A stretch of 59,441 nt of DNA, taken from contig JAVEXM010000004.1 in NCBI GenBank assembly GCA_034004025.1, forward strand, positions 1-59,441, in the 5' to 3' direction. The stretch is from Bacteroidales bacterium (GTDB lineage Bacteria > Bacteroidota > Bacteroidia > Bacteroidales > VadinHA17). How positions within the stretch are numbered: the first letter of the stretch is position 1; each line of letters starts with the position of its first letter. The notes beneath the pieces were generated by a model, which did not search any database, was not told the DNA's origin, and saw only the letters and a list, made by a program, of their open reading frames with translations. This document shows positions 9,322-17,884 of the stretch, piece after piece. The translations under genes and the position numbers were made by a program.

Positions 9322-10983
9322 ATGTCATTTTTAAAAGTTTTTCTGCCCATTCTCTTCCTTATTTACGGATGTACAGATTCTGACAGGTATGATCTCCTGA
9401 TCAGGAACGGAGAAATAATTGACGGTTCGGGATCGAAGGCCTTCACCGGTGATGTCGGCATCAAAGGTGATACAATCGCTGCCGTGGGTGATCTGACAAA
9501 TGCACGCGGCCGCACGGTGATAGATGCGCGGGGTATGATCGTTGCTCCCGGCTTCATAAATATGCTTAGCTGGGCCGTCGAATCACTCATAGAGGATGGC
9601 AGGTCAATGAGCGACATATGCCAGGGGGTGACGCTGGAGGTGATGGGCGAGGGCGACTCGTGGGGCCCCTGGAGCGAGAGCATGAAGCAGGAGATGAAGG
9701 CCTCACAGGGAGATATTAAGTATGATATTGAGTGGACTACCCTGGGCGAATACCTCGATTATCTTGAGGCCAGGGGTGTATCAACAAACATAGCCTCGTT
9801 TGTAGGCACGGCAACACTTCGGATACACAGGGTGGGGTACGACGACCGGCCTCCCACTGCTGCCGAGATGGACTCGATGAAGCTGCTCGTGAGGCAGGCC
9901 ATGGAGGAGGGAGCCATAGGCGTCAGCTCGGCACTTGAATATATCCCCGCAAGCTTTGCCTCAACGGAGGAGCTCATTGAGCTGTGCCGGGAGGCAGAGA
10001 AGTACGACGGTATGTATATCTCCCACATACGTAATGAGGATGACACTTTTCTTGAGGCCATTGACGATTTTCTCAGGATACCTCACGAGACAGGGATCAG
10101 GGCTGAAATCTACCACCTCAAGCAGGTCGGACGGACCAACTGGGGAAAACTTGACGTGGCCATCGCAAAGATCGACTCGGCAAGGGCGGCAGGCCTCCAT
10201 ATCACTGCCGACATGTACAACTACCCGGCAAGCTCCACCGGCCTTGGCATCCTGATGCCGGAGTGGGTGCAGGAGGGCGGCTTCGAGAAGTGGGTCGACA
10301 GGCTGAAGGATCCGGAAGTAAGGAAGGTTGTGGGACCGGAGATCATAAAGACCATCATGAGAAAACAGGGCTCCCCGGAAAGAGTACTGGTCATAGGCTT
10401 CAATACCGATTCACTGAAATACCTGCAGGGCAAGACGCTTGCGGAGATAGCAGCCATGAGAGGCACATCGCCTGAAGAGACGGTAATGGATCTCGTGATA
10501 GACGATGGCAGCAACGTATCTGCCGTATTCTTCTCCATGTCGGAGGACAATCTGAGGAGGCAGATTGCGCAGCCCTGGATGAGCTTCGGCTCCGACGGCA
10601 AGTCGATGGCACCCGAAGGAGTCTTTCTGAAGTCGGCCACCCACCCCCGTGCATACGGTAACTTTGCAAGGCTGCTGGGAAAATATGTGCGCGATGAACA
10701 GGTCATCTCTCTTGAGGAGGCTGTGCGCAGGCTGACCTCACTCCCGGCGGCCACCATGAAGATTGAAAGGCGCGGTGCACTGAAGGAGGGCTACTATGCA
10801 GACGTGGTGGTCTTTGACCCTGCCGGAATACAGGATCACTCAACATTTGAGGATCCGCATCAGCTTTCCACCGGTATGTCACACGTTATTGTCAACGGCG
10901 TGCAGGTTCTTCGCGACGGAGAGCATACCGGAGCCACCCCCGGCAGAGTCGTCAGGGGGCCAGGATATAAAGAGTTGCAGTAA
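9322..10983 (+). CDS. N-acyl-D-amino-acid deacylase family amidohydrolase, probable lipoprotein
   Basis: IIDGSG..GDVGI, VAPGFI, SHIRNE, IYHLK, GSDG, HPRAYGNF, ADVVVFDP; N-terminal IYGC lipobox-like sequence. Confidence 0.88.
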   Translation: MSFLKVFLPILFLIYGCTDSDRYDLLIRNGEIIDGSGSKAFTGDVGIKGDTIAAVGDLTNARGRTVIDARGMIVAPGFINMLSWAVESLIEDGRSMSDICQGVTLEVMGEGDSWGPWSESMKQEMKASQGDIKYDIEWTTLGEYLDYLEARGVSTNIASFVGTATLRIHRVGYDDRPPTAAEMDSMKLLVRQAMEEGAIGVSSALEYIPASFASTEELIELCREAEKYDGMYISHIRNEDDTFLEAIDDFLRIPHETGIRAEIYHLKQVGRTNWGKLDVAIAKIDSARAAGLHITADMYNYPASSTGLGILMPEWVQEGGFEKWVDRLKDPEVRKVVGPEIIKTIMRKQGSPERVLVIGFNTDSLKYLQGKTLAEIAAMRGTSPEETVMDLVIDDGSNVSAVFFSMSEDNLRRQIAQPWMSFGSDGKSMAPEGVFLKSATHPRAYGNFARLLGKYVRDEQVISLEEAVRRLTSLPAATMKIERRGALKEGYYADVVVFDPAGIQDHSTFEDPHQLSTGMSHVIVNGVQVLRDGEHTGATPGRVVRGPGYKELQ

Positions 10984-11084
10984 CCAAATCGGCAGTTGTC
11001 GTGAGACCGTTCTGCAAAGGACGCCGGCAACAAGACCGGCACCCGATTGTTGTGCTGATCCTGACTTGTCTGCAAAAGGAATGT

Positions 11085-11333
11085 TTATCTCTTCTTGAAG
11101 ATCAGGTTAAAGAGAAAAAGTATGATTATGGCACCTATTGCACCGGTTAGAATAGCGCCTATCCACCCGCCACCAAAGCTTACACCCAGCTTGCCAAGCA
11201 GCCAGTAACCAATCGGGCCTCCAATAATACCCACAATGATGTTGCCAAGCAGGCCCAGGCCGCTGCCCTTGAAGATGACGCTGCCAAGCCACCCTGCAGC
11301 AGCACCGATAAGAAGACTGACGATAATTTCCAT
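11085..11333 (-). CDS. GlsB/YeaQ/YmgE (transglycosylase-associated) membrane protein
   Basis: IGAAAGWLG..G.GLLGNIIVGIIG and GAIGAIIILFL pattern; 82 aa. Confidence 0.9.
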   Translation of the reverse strand: MEIIVSLLIGAAAGWLGSVIFKGSGLGLLGNIIVGIIGGPIGYWLLGKLGVSFGGGWIGAILTGAIGAIIILFLFNLIFKKR

Positions 11334-11380
11334 GATAATACTTTTTTGATTAATACTTCAGGAGCCCCCAAGTTACTAAA

Positions 11381-12253
11381 TTAATTCCTGTCCGGGGCCT
11401 GTCCCACCGGGTAAAATGGCATTTCCATCGGCAAATCCTCATTGCTGAGTATCCTGAAGAGCACCGGATCCCTGAGAATCTCCCTCACATCTTCAGGACG
11501 GCCGTCAATCAGTACCTGTCTGTTCATAAACCTGATGCCGTGACTGTAATCAACATACCACCATACATGCCCGCTGTAGACGGGCTGGATGTGACTGCCG
11601 TCAGGCCAGTGCCAGCCGTAGATCACCACCCTGTCAGTTTGCTCTGCGAGACGCGAGGAGATGATCACATCCTTCTTGATCCCCGCAACCAGCTGCCCGT
11701 GACTGCCGCCTGCCTCAGCCAGCTGCTTCTCAATCTGCACATTGTGCTCCTCAAACTTTGTCACCAGAGTATTCGCATTGCCGACAGGCTTGTAAAAGAA
11801 AGGATCAAGCTTCACATCTGCCTGCGACCAGATATGATCACTCAGCTTTGCCGTCAGCAGCGAAGCGCCGAACAGGTCCGCCAGTCGCTGTGCGGTGCGG
11901 GGGTTCATCGGGACACGGCAGAAGTCGTCATCACTGCCGATGGCCAGATAGTCAGGCATAACAGCATACTCAAGGGTATGCTTCCTGCCCTCAGCATCAT
12001 CAAACTCACCCCTCAGGGTCACCGTCTGCCTGATAAATCGCGGGATATTTCCATCTGCTACAGCCGTGAATATCTCCTCCTCACGCTCTGCCAGGGGTAG
12101 GTCTGCGATCCGTGCCATGAAGGCTGATCCGGTCTCGGCCGACGGATCACGTTCCGGGATGCTAAGCCTCTTGCCGTATGTCTGCCCCATGATGTTGCCG
12201 TCGGGCAGAACACTGAGTAGCAGCAATATCAAAAGAAGGAGTCTTTTAACCAC
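11381..12253 (-). CDS. Exported hypothetical protein
   Basis: GTG start and signal peptide; motif-like segments PDYLAIGSDDDF.R.PM, KKDV, IYGWH, IQP and YVDYSHG; a TAATTTCG element at 12279-12272 suggests its own promoter. Confidence 0.75.
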   Translation of the reverse strand: MVKRLLLLILLLLSVLPDGNIMGQTYGKRLSIPERDPSAETGSAFMARIADLPLAEREEEIFTAVADGNIPRFIRQTVTLRGEFDDAEGRKHTLEYAVMPDYLAIGSDDDFCRVPMNPRTAQRLADLFGASLLTAKLSDHIWSQADVKLDPFFYKPVGNANTLVTKFEEHNVQIEKQLAEAGGSHGQLVAGIKKDVIISSRLAEQTDRVVIYGWHWPDGSHIQPVYSGHVWWYVDYSHGIRFMNRQVLIDGRPEDVREILRDPVLFRILSNEDLPMEMPFYPVGQAPDRN

Positions 12254-12290
12254 TTATGATGACCATTTCTGCGAAATTAAAACAAAAATG

Positions 12291-13640
12291 TCATCTGAGA
12301 CCGTTGATGTATTCTTCCAGCATGGTGTAACCCGACTTTGCAATCACATTGCGGTCGGAAGGATCGGAAGGATCCAATCCCTTTTTCAGTTCCCATGCAT
12401 CGGCCATCCCGTCCCTGTCATTGTCGGGCTGCACATTGTATGTCTTCAGGAGAGGCCATCCGCCAACACTGTTCTGAGAATCAATGATGCCTGTAGCGGG
12501 ACCGTATGAATCGCCGTAGGCACATCTTCCGGACCTGGCCTCCGAGATGATCCTTGTATCATGTGCATCACGGCCTGGCAGGGTGGCGCCTGCATTTTTC
12601 AGCACGGCACGGTAAGCTCTTCTCGCGGTGGTGGTTTTCACCGGAGCAACCGGGAAGGGCTCATCTGCCCTTATGGCTGCATGACCGGCATAATCGCCCT
12701 GCACCCCTCCTGCCCAGTTGGAGGAAGAGATTTTCCTGCTGCCTGCAACACAGTTGCCGCTGACGTGCCATCTGCCAACTGTGTCCCAGGGCTCAACAAT
12801 ACGGAATAAAACGTCCTTCTTCGTTGCCGGACCGGGTTTGTAGTAGTTGTTGATCATGTTCTGCTGCCCCATTTCTCCTCCGTAGGAGCTGTTGAATCCC
12901 CAGTTGAAGATGACGTTGTTCCTGAAATCGACCAGCTCCGTCTCACGCGTGTCAGGATGATATCGTGCCCCGCAGAACCGCGGCAGGCGGCTTGTGTGAC
13001 TCGCCAGCAGGTTATGATGGAATGTGGCACCCTTACCTCCCCAGATGCCACCGTAGCCATGCTCACCCTTGGGATGACCGGCGTCATAGAGACTCTCGGC
13101 GATGATGCACCACTGGAGGGTGAAATTCTCAACATCATAGAAGGAGGCAGCCTCATCCACCGACCAGCTCATGGAGCAGTGGTCAACGATTATGTTCTTT
13201 TGCCTTATGCATGAGATGGCGTCCCTGGGCTCCTCGCCTGGAACCTCATTGCCGCACCTGAACCTTATATGTCTTATGACCACATTGTCCGACTCAATGG
13301 AGACCGTCTCTCCGCTCAGACAGATGCCCTCTCCCGGTGCCGTCTGACCCGCAATGGTGACATCACCCTTTGAGATGTTCAGCCTCCGCTTCAGCTCAAT
13401 GGTCCCTGAGACGGCAAAGACGATGGTCTTCGGACTCTCCTTGTTCAGCGCCCAGCGCAGTGAGCCTTCAGGTGGTTTGGTTACCGAATCCTGCAGGTTG
13501 GTTACAATATATACATCACCTCCCCTGCCTCCTGTCACATATCGACCGTAACCCTCAGCTCCCGGGAAGGCCGGCAGCTGAGCCGTAACGGCCTGCATGG
13601 CAGGGAACAGCAGCAGGAATATGAAATAAACTATCCTCAT
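12291..13640 (-). CDS. Pectate lyase, PL1 (PL1_2-like)
   Basis: AFPGAEGYG..TGGRGG, TIAGQTAPG, IVDHCSMSWSVDE, SRLPR, DFRNNVIFNWG and D.DRDGMADAWE. Confidence 0.93.
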   Translation of the reverse strand: MRIVYFIFLLLFPAMQAVTAQLPAFPGAEGYGRYVTGGRGGDVYIVTNLQDSVTKPPEGSLRWALNKESPKTIVFAVSGTIELKRRLNISKGDVTIAGQTAPGEGICLSGETVSIESDNVVIRHIRFRCGNEVPGEEPRDAISCIRQKNIIVDHCSMSWSVDEAASFYDVENFTLQWCIIAESLYDAGHPKGEHGYGGIWGGKGATFHHNLLASHTSRLPRFCGARYHPDTRETELVDFRNNVIFNWGFNSSYGGEMGQQNMINNYYKPGPATKKDVLFRIVEPWDTVGRWHVSGNCVAGSRKISSSNWAGGVQGDYAGHAAIRADEPFPVAPVKTTTARRAYRAVLKNAGATLPGRDAHDTRIISEARSGRCAYGDSYGPATGIIDSQNSVGGWPLLKTYNVQPDNDRDGMADAWELKKGLDPSDPSDRNVIAKSGYTMLEEYINGLR

Positions 13641-16084
13641 CTCAAGGTTCTGACTGTCACAGTGCCGTCGGCGGTGACGGTTTCCACCGTGATGTTACGC
13701 GACCTGTCGCCACTGACATCGTAGAGGATGTCACCATCTTCGGCCACAGTAAAGTTAAGAATATTGACATCGCTGCTGTTCACAAACAAAAGCGCCGGCT
13801 CATTTGCCACTTCCAGCCTTAGGTTTTTAATGGTGATATTCTTTGAATCTATGCAGGTCAGGCCGTTCTCAGCCGACATATCAATATTCTCCATGGTCAC
13901 ATTCTCGAGGTTGAGCTCCGGAAGCCCCTGGAGATAAAGAGCCTGCTGTGCTCCACGGCAGATGATGTTTTTCATCGAGATATTTTTGAAATGCGGTGTC
14001 TCTTCGGTCACAGGGGGTATATCACCCTCTGCAGTCATCGTACTGTCGCCCCGTGCCAGCTGTTCCGAGACCGACAGCCCCCCGTAGTAGAGGTTAAAGG
14101 AGACAGCTTGTGTCGGTATGTCTGTCATCAGTATATCACTGAACCAGATGTCCTCTACCACCCCGCCCCTGCCGCGGTTACTCTTGAAGCGGATACCCAC
14201 ATCGGTGCCCATGAAGGTGCATCCTGAAGCAGAGACATTTCTTACTCCGCCTGACATCTCACTCCCTATCGTGACACCGCCATGGCCATGGTATACTATG
14301 CAGTTCCTGATAACGAGGTTCTCTGTCGGCATGCCTCTCTCCCTTCCGTCCCTGTTCTTGCCCGATTTGATACATATGGCATCATCACCCACGTCGAAGT
14401 TACTGTCGTACAGAAGCACGTTACGGCACGATTCGATGTCGATGCCGTCACCGTTCTGCGAGTACCACGGGTTTTTCACGGTTATGTTCCTGACTGTCAG
14501 ATCCTCGCACATCAGCGGGTGGAGGCACCATGCCGGTGAGTTCTGAAAGACGGGGCCGTCGATCATGATTTTTTTGCAGCCCACCAGGCTCATCATTACC
14601 GGTCGCAGAAAATCCCTGATGCTCTCGTACTCTTCAATACTCCCTCTCATGACCGGCACATTCATCTCGCTCATCTCCTGGGCCTTCATGTATGATTCTG
14701 AAGGGTACCATGTCTTCCCATCATCGCTCACAACCCCTCCCGACTTCACTGTCTCTTTCCACTGCGGCGGAGGCAGCTTATCTCTTTTCACCGGCCTCCA
14801 GACGTCGCCGCTGCCGTCCCACACACCCCTGCCCGTGAAGGCAATGTTCTCAAGATCCTTTCCGTATATCGGCGAGATGCACCTTACAGTGTTGTAACCC
14901 TCAAAACTGGTCTCTATCAGGGGATAGAGGCTTTTGTCAGGACTGAACCGGATGAGTGCTCCCTCTTCGGCATGAAGGCGGATGTTGCTTTTGAGTATGA
15001 TCGGCCCTGTGAGCCACATGCCCCGTGGTATCACAACCGTGCCTCCCCCTTTTGATGAGACCGCCTCTATAGCCTTACGGAAGGCCCCGGTGTTCAGCAC
15101 GATGCCGTCGCCCACAGCGCCAAACTCGGTAATGCTTACGCTGTTAAGCGGTATCTGTGGCTCAATTACCTGGGGCATTTCAAACTCCAGATCGCGATAG
15201 ATCTCCCCTGAAGGTCCGCTGTAAACCTGCCGGCTGTCTGAAGCGCCAACTGCCGCCGGCAATTCTGCCGGGGCCTTCAGATCCTTCATGGCCCCGAAGA
15301 CCAGGGAGGCCACCGCGGTGGCTCCCGCGGGCTGGAAGTGGGTGTTGTCACTGCTGCCGTCAGGATAACCAGGGTAAATACCGGGAGGGAAATTCATGAA
15401 GTAGGCAGATGTCACATAATCCCTTCCCCTTTGGCTGAAGAAATCAATGCTCAGTGAAGTGAGATCTATCAGAAAGACATCCAGCTCTGCCGCCACCTCC
15501 TTCATGGCCCCGGGGTATTCACCGTGGGTGTTCCCAAGCCTGCCATCCTTCCATGGATAATTTCGTGCAACGGGAGTGACAAGGATGGGAACTGCTCCCT
15601 TCTCACGGGTCTGGTTTACGTATAACCGCAGAAACTCCTTGTATCCGGTGAGTGAGGTATACCTTTCGCCCTTATTTACAGATGCGTCATTATGTCCGAA
15701 CTGCATCAGTACCAGGTCACCGCGACGCAGGGAACGGAAGATATCTGCCCACCGCCCCTCCTCGAAGAAGGAGCGTGTGCTCCGGCCGCCCCTTGCCCTG
15801 TCCTCAACGATTGCACTGTCGGTCCTGATAATATGCTTAACCAGTTTCAGGGAATCGGAGGAGAGGAATGTCTGGAAGACCTGGCCCCATCCCATGATGG
15901 GATAGCGCTTCAACTGGTAATCCTTCTCCAGTGAGTAATCGGCCACCGTGGAGTCCCCGATAAGCCATACCCCGGTGATCTTTTTGCCTGCTGCCCGTTT
16001 ACCCTGCTCTGGCGGCTGCTCAGCTATGAATGCCGAGAGAAGGAGCACCAGCAGTATCATTGTTGAAATCCTAATCACTTTCAT
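13637..16084 (-). CDS. Fusion of a CE12-like SGNH acetylesterase and a GH28 polygalacturonase
   Basis: N-terminal SGNH blocks GDSTV, GGRS, QFGHND and DNTH. C-terminal GH28 motifs NGDGIDIES, GDDAICIKSG, HGHGG and RFKS. Confidence 0.9.
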   Translation of the reverse strand: MKVIRISTMILLVLLLSAFIAEQPPEQGKRAAGKKITGVWLIGDSTVADYSLEKDYQLKRYPIMGWGQVFQTFLSSDSLKLVKHIIRTDSAIVEDRARGGRSTRSFFEEGRWADIFRSLRRGDLVLMQFGHNDASVNKGERYTSLTGYKEFLRLYVNQTREKGAVPILVTPVARNYPWKDGRLGNTHGEYPGAMKEVAAELDVFLIDLTSLSIDFFSQRGRDYVTSAYFMNFPPGIYPGYPDGSSDNTHFQPAGATAVASLVFGAMKDLKAPAELPAAVGASDSRQVYSGPSGEIYRDLEFEMPQVIEPQIPLNSVSITEFGAVGDGIVLNTGAFRKAIEAVSSKGGGTVVIPRGMWLTGPIILKSNIRLHAEEGALIRFSPDKSLYPLIETSFEGYNTVRCISPIYGKDLENIAFTGRGVWDGSGDVWRPVKRDKLPPPQWKETVKSGGVVSDDGKTWYPSESYMKAQEMSEMNVPVMRGSIEEYESIRDFLRPVMMSLVGCKKIMIDGPVFQNSPAWCLHPLMCEDLTVRNITVKNPWYSQNGDGIDIESCRNVLLYDSNFDVGDDAICIKSGKNRDGRERGMPTENLVIRNCIVYHGHGGVTIGSEMSGGVRNVSASGCTFMGTDVGIRFKSNRGRGGVVEDIWFSDILMTDIPTQAVSFNLYYGGLSVSEQLARGDSTMTAEGDIPPVTEETPHFKNISMKNIICRGAQQALYLQGLPELNLENVTMENIDMSAENGLTCIDSKNITIKNLRLEVANEPALLFVNSSDVNILNFTVAEDGDILYDVSGDRSRNITVETVTADGTVTVRTLR

Positions 16085-16087
16085 CTT

Positions 16088-17776
16088 CTAATCTCCTGTT
16101 TTTACCCTGAACCAATCGAGGTCAGTATAACCTGAATCATTTGTGGCACCGTCACGCAGCGCAAAGAAACCAATTTTTGCACCTGTCCAGACTCCCTCAC
16201 GTGCCGCAAAGGGTTCGCCGACTTCTTTATATGTTTTGTCGTCTGTGCTGTAACTGAAGACAGAGCGGGCCCCCGCAGTGACCTTCACACCGAAAAAAAG
16301 CGTATCACTGTCTGCCTCTTCCGAAAAGAGAACCTCCTCCGGCTGACCTCTGTCAGCATCAACGCATCTGACCACTCTCAGCAAGAGTCTGCCGTCAGTA
16401 CGTTTCATGGAGATATACTGGTAGTCCCGACCCATCACAATCATACCGGCCTCTTCCCCTTCATGCCGCAGGGTGCAGCTCATGCGGGCAGTAGCGGTGA
16501 ACTCTTCTGCCGGCAGTTTCTGAAGGAAGAGACTGGGCACCATCCAGAGGTTAACAATGCTGTCGGGCCTGCTAATGCAGTTCAGCCTGTAGCAGCCGTA
16601 TGCTTTGGATGGATAGCCCCAGGTGACCGACGGGTTGGCCTGCCACTGCCACTGCAGCCCCCTTTTGTCAGCGTTGAATTCATCACTGGCCTGCAGAACC
16701 CTAATGCTGTCATACAATTCATCCTTAGCCTGCAAGGATGTCTCCTTGTCGTCCTGACTTTCGCTGCTTTGCAGCATTCCCTGTTCCTGTTTTCTTCTCC
16801 CGTCGGGCATCCTGAACTCTGTTACCGGCTCACCGGTTCCATCGCCATCCGGGTCATCCCCGATCACCGGCCAGTCATCAATCCATCTCACAGGTTGCAG
16901 GTGGACGATCCTGCCGTAAGCACCCTTATCCTGAAAGTGGATGAACCAGTCGCTGCCTTTCCTGTCAGTCACCCATGCACCCTGGTGAGGACCGTTGATA
17001 TCGCTCTCTCCCTGATGCATAACCTTTCTGACTTCATAGGGTCCAAAAACACTCCTTGAACGAAGCACCAGCTGCCAGCCACGGGTGACCCCTCCTGCCG
17101 GGGCAAAGAGGTAGTACCATCCGTTCCTTTTGTAGAATTTCGGGCCCTCGACGGTAGGGTTGTCATCATGACCGTCAAATACCATCACGGGATCACCTGA
17201 GACGCCGGTGCCGTCAGGGTTCATGCGGGAGACCATGAGAACGCTCTTCACTCCCGTCCTGCTGCCCGCAAAGGCAAAGGCGAGGTATGCCTTGCCGTCA
17301 TCATCCCACAGGGGAGAGGGGTCAATAAGTCCCCTGCCCTCCATTACCGTCACCGGCTCTGACCACGGGCCTGCCGGATCGGCACTCTTCACCATGAAGA
17401 TGCCGTGATCGGGATCAGGGTAGAAGATATAGAACTCCCCGTTATGTATCCTTATACAGGGTGCCCATACACCTCCGCCGTGCCTGACATCAGAATAATA
17501 ATCTTCGGGCTGCAGTCTCTCAAGGGCATATCCGATCAGCCGCCAGTTCACAAGATCGGTGGAGTGCAGCACCGGCAGTCCCGGCACACAGTTGAATGAT
17601 GAGGCAACCATGTAGAAATCATCACCTGCCCTGACCACATCCGGATCAGAGTAGTCGGCATGCAGTACAGGGTTTCTGTACGTTGCAGCGGTTCCCTCAC
17701 CACCCTGGCTGCATGAGATGAGGATGACGGGTGAAAGGAGAATCAGAATTGAACCTATGGTAAAGGGAACTTTCAT
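16088..17776 (-). CDS. GH43 glycoside hydrolase with C-terminal beta-sandwich, lipoprotein
   Basis: Lipobox LISC; NPVLHADYSDPD, WAP, IDPSP, EGPK, HQG and SDEF...WQW. Confidence 0.92.
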   Translation of the reverse strand: MKVPFTIGSILILLSPVILISCSQGGEGTAATYRNPVLHADYSDPDVVRAGDDFYMVASSFNCVPGLPVLHSTDLVNWRLIGYALERLQPEDYYSDVRHGGGVWAPCIRIHNGEFYIFYPDPDHGIFMVKSADPAGPWSEPVTVMEGRGLIDPSPLWDDDGKAYLAFAFAGSRTGVKSVLMVSRMNPDGTGVSGDPVMVFDGHDDNPTVEGPKFYKRNGWYYLFAPAGGVTRGWQLVLRSRSVFGPYEVRKVMHQGESDINGPHQGAWVTDRKGSDWFIHFQDKGAYGRIVHLQPVRWIDDWPVIGDDPDGDGTGEPVTEFRMPDGRRKQEQGMLQSSESQDDKETSLQAKDELYDSIRVLQASDEFNADKRGLQWQWQANPSVTWGYPSKAYGCYRLNCISRPDSIVNLWMVPSLFLQKLPAEEFTATARMSCTLRHEGEEAGMIVMGRDYQYISMKRTDGRLLLRVVRCVDADRGQPEEVLFSEEADSDTLFFGVKVTAGARSVFSYSTDDKTYKEVGEPFAAREGVWTGAKIGFFALRDGATNDSGYTDLDWFRVKTGD

Positions 17777-17809
17777 TGATCTGTCAGTAACCGGGTCTGA
17801 ATATTCCGG

Positions 17810-17839
17810 GGACCGGGAGGAGTATCTCTCTCCCGGTCC
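17810..17839 (-). terminator. Intra-PUL stem-loop (partial terminator or mRNA stabiliser)
   Basis: GGACCGGGAG(17810-17819) and CTCCCGGTCC(17830-17839) form a perfect 10-bp inverted repeat. Confidence 0.6.
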
Positions 17840-17884
17840 GTCAGAATAACCCTAACTCTAACACAAAACCCTTGCTGTCAATTA

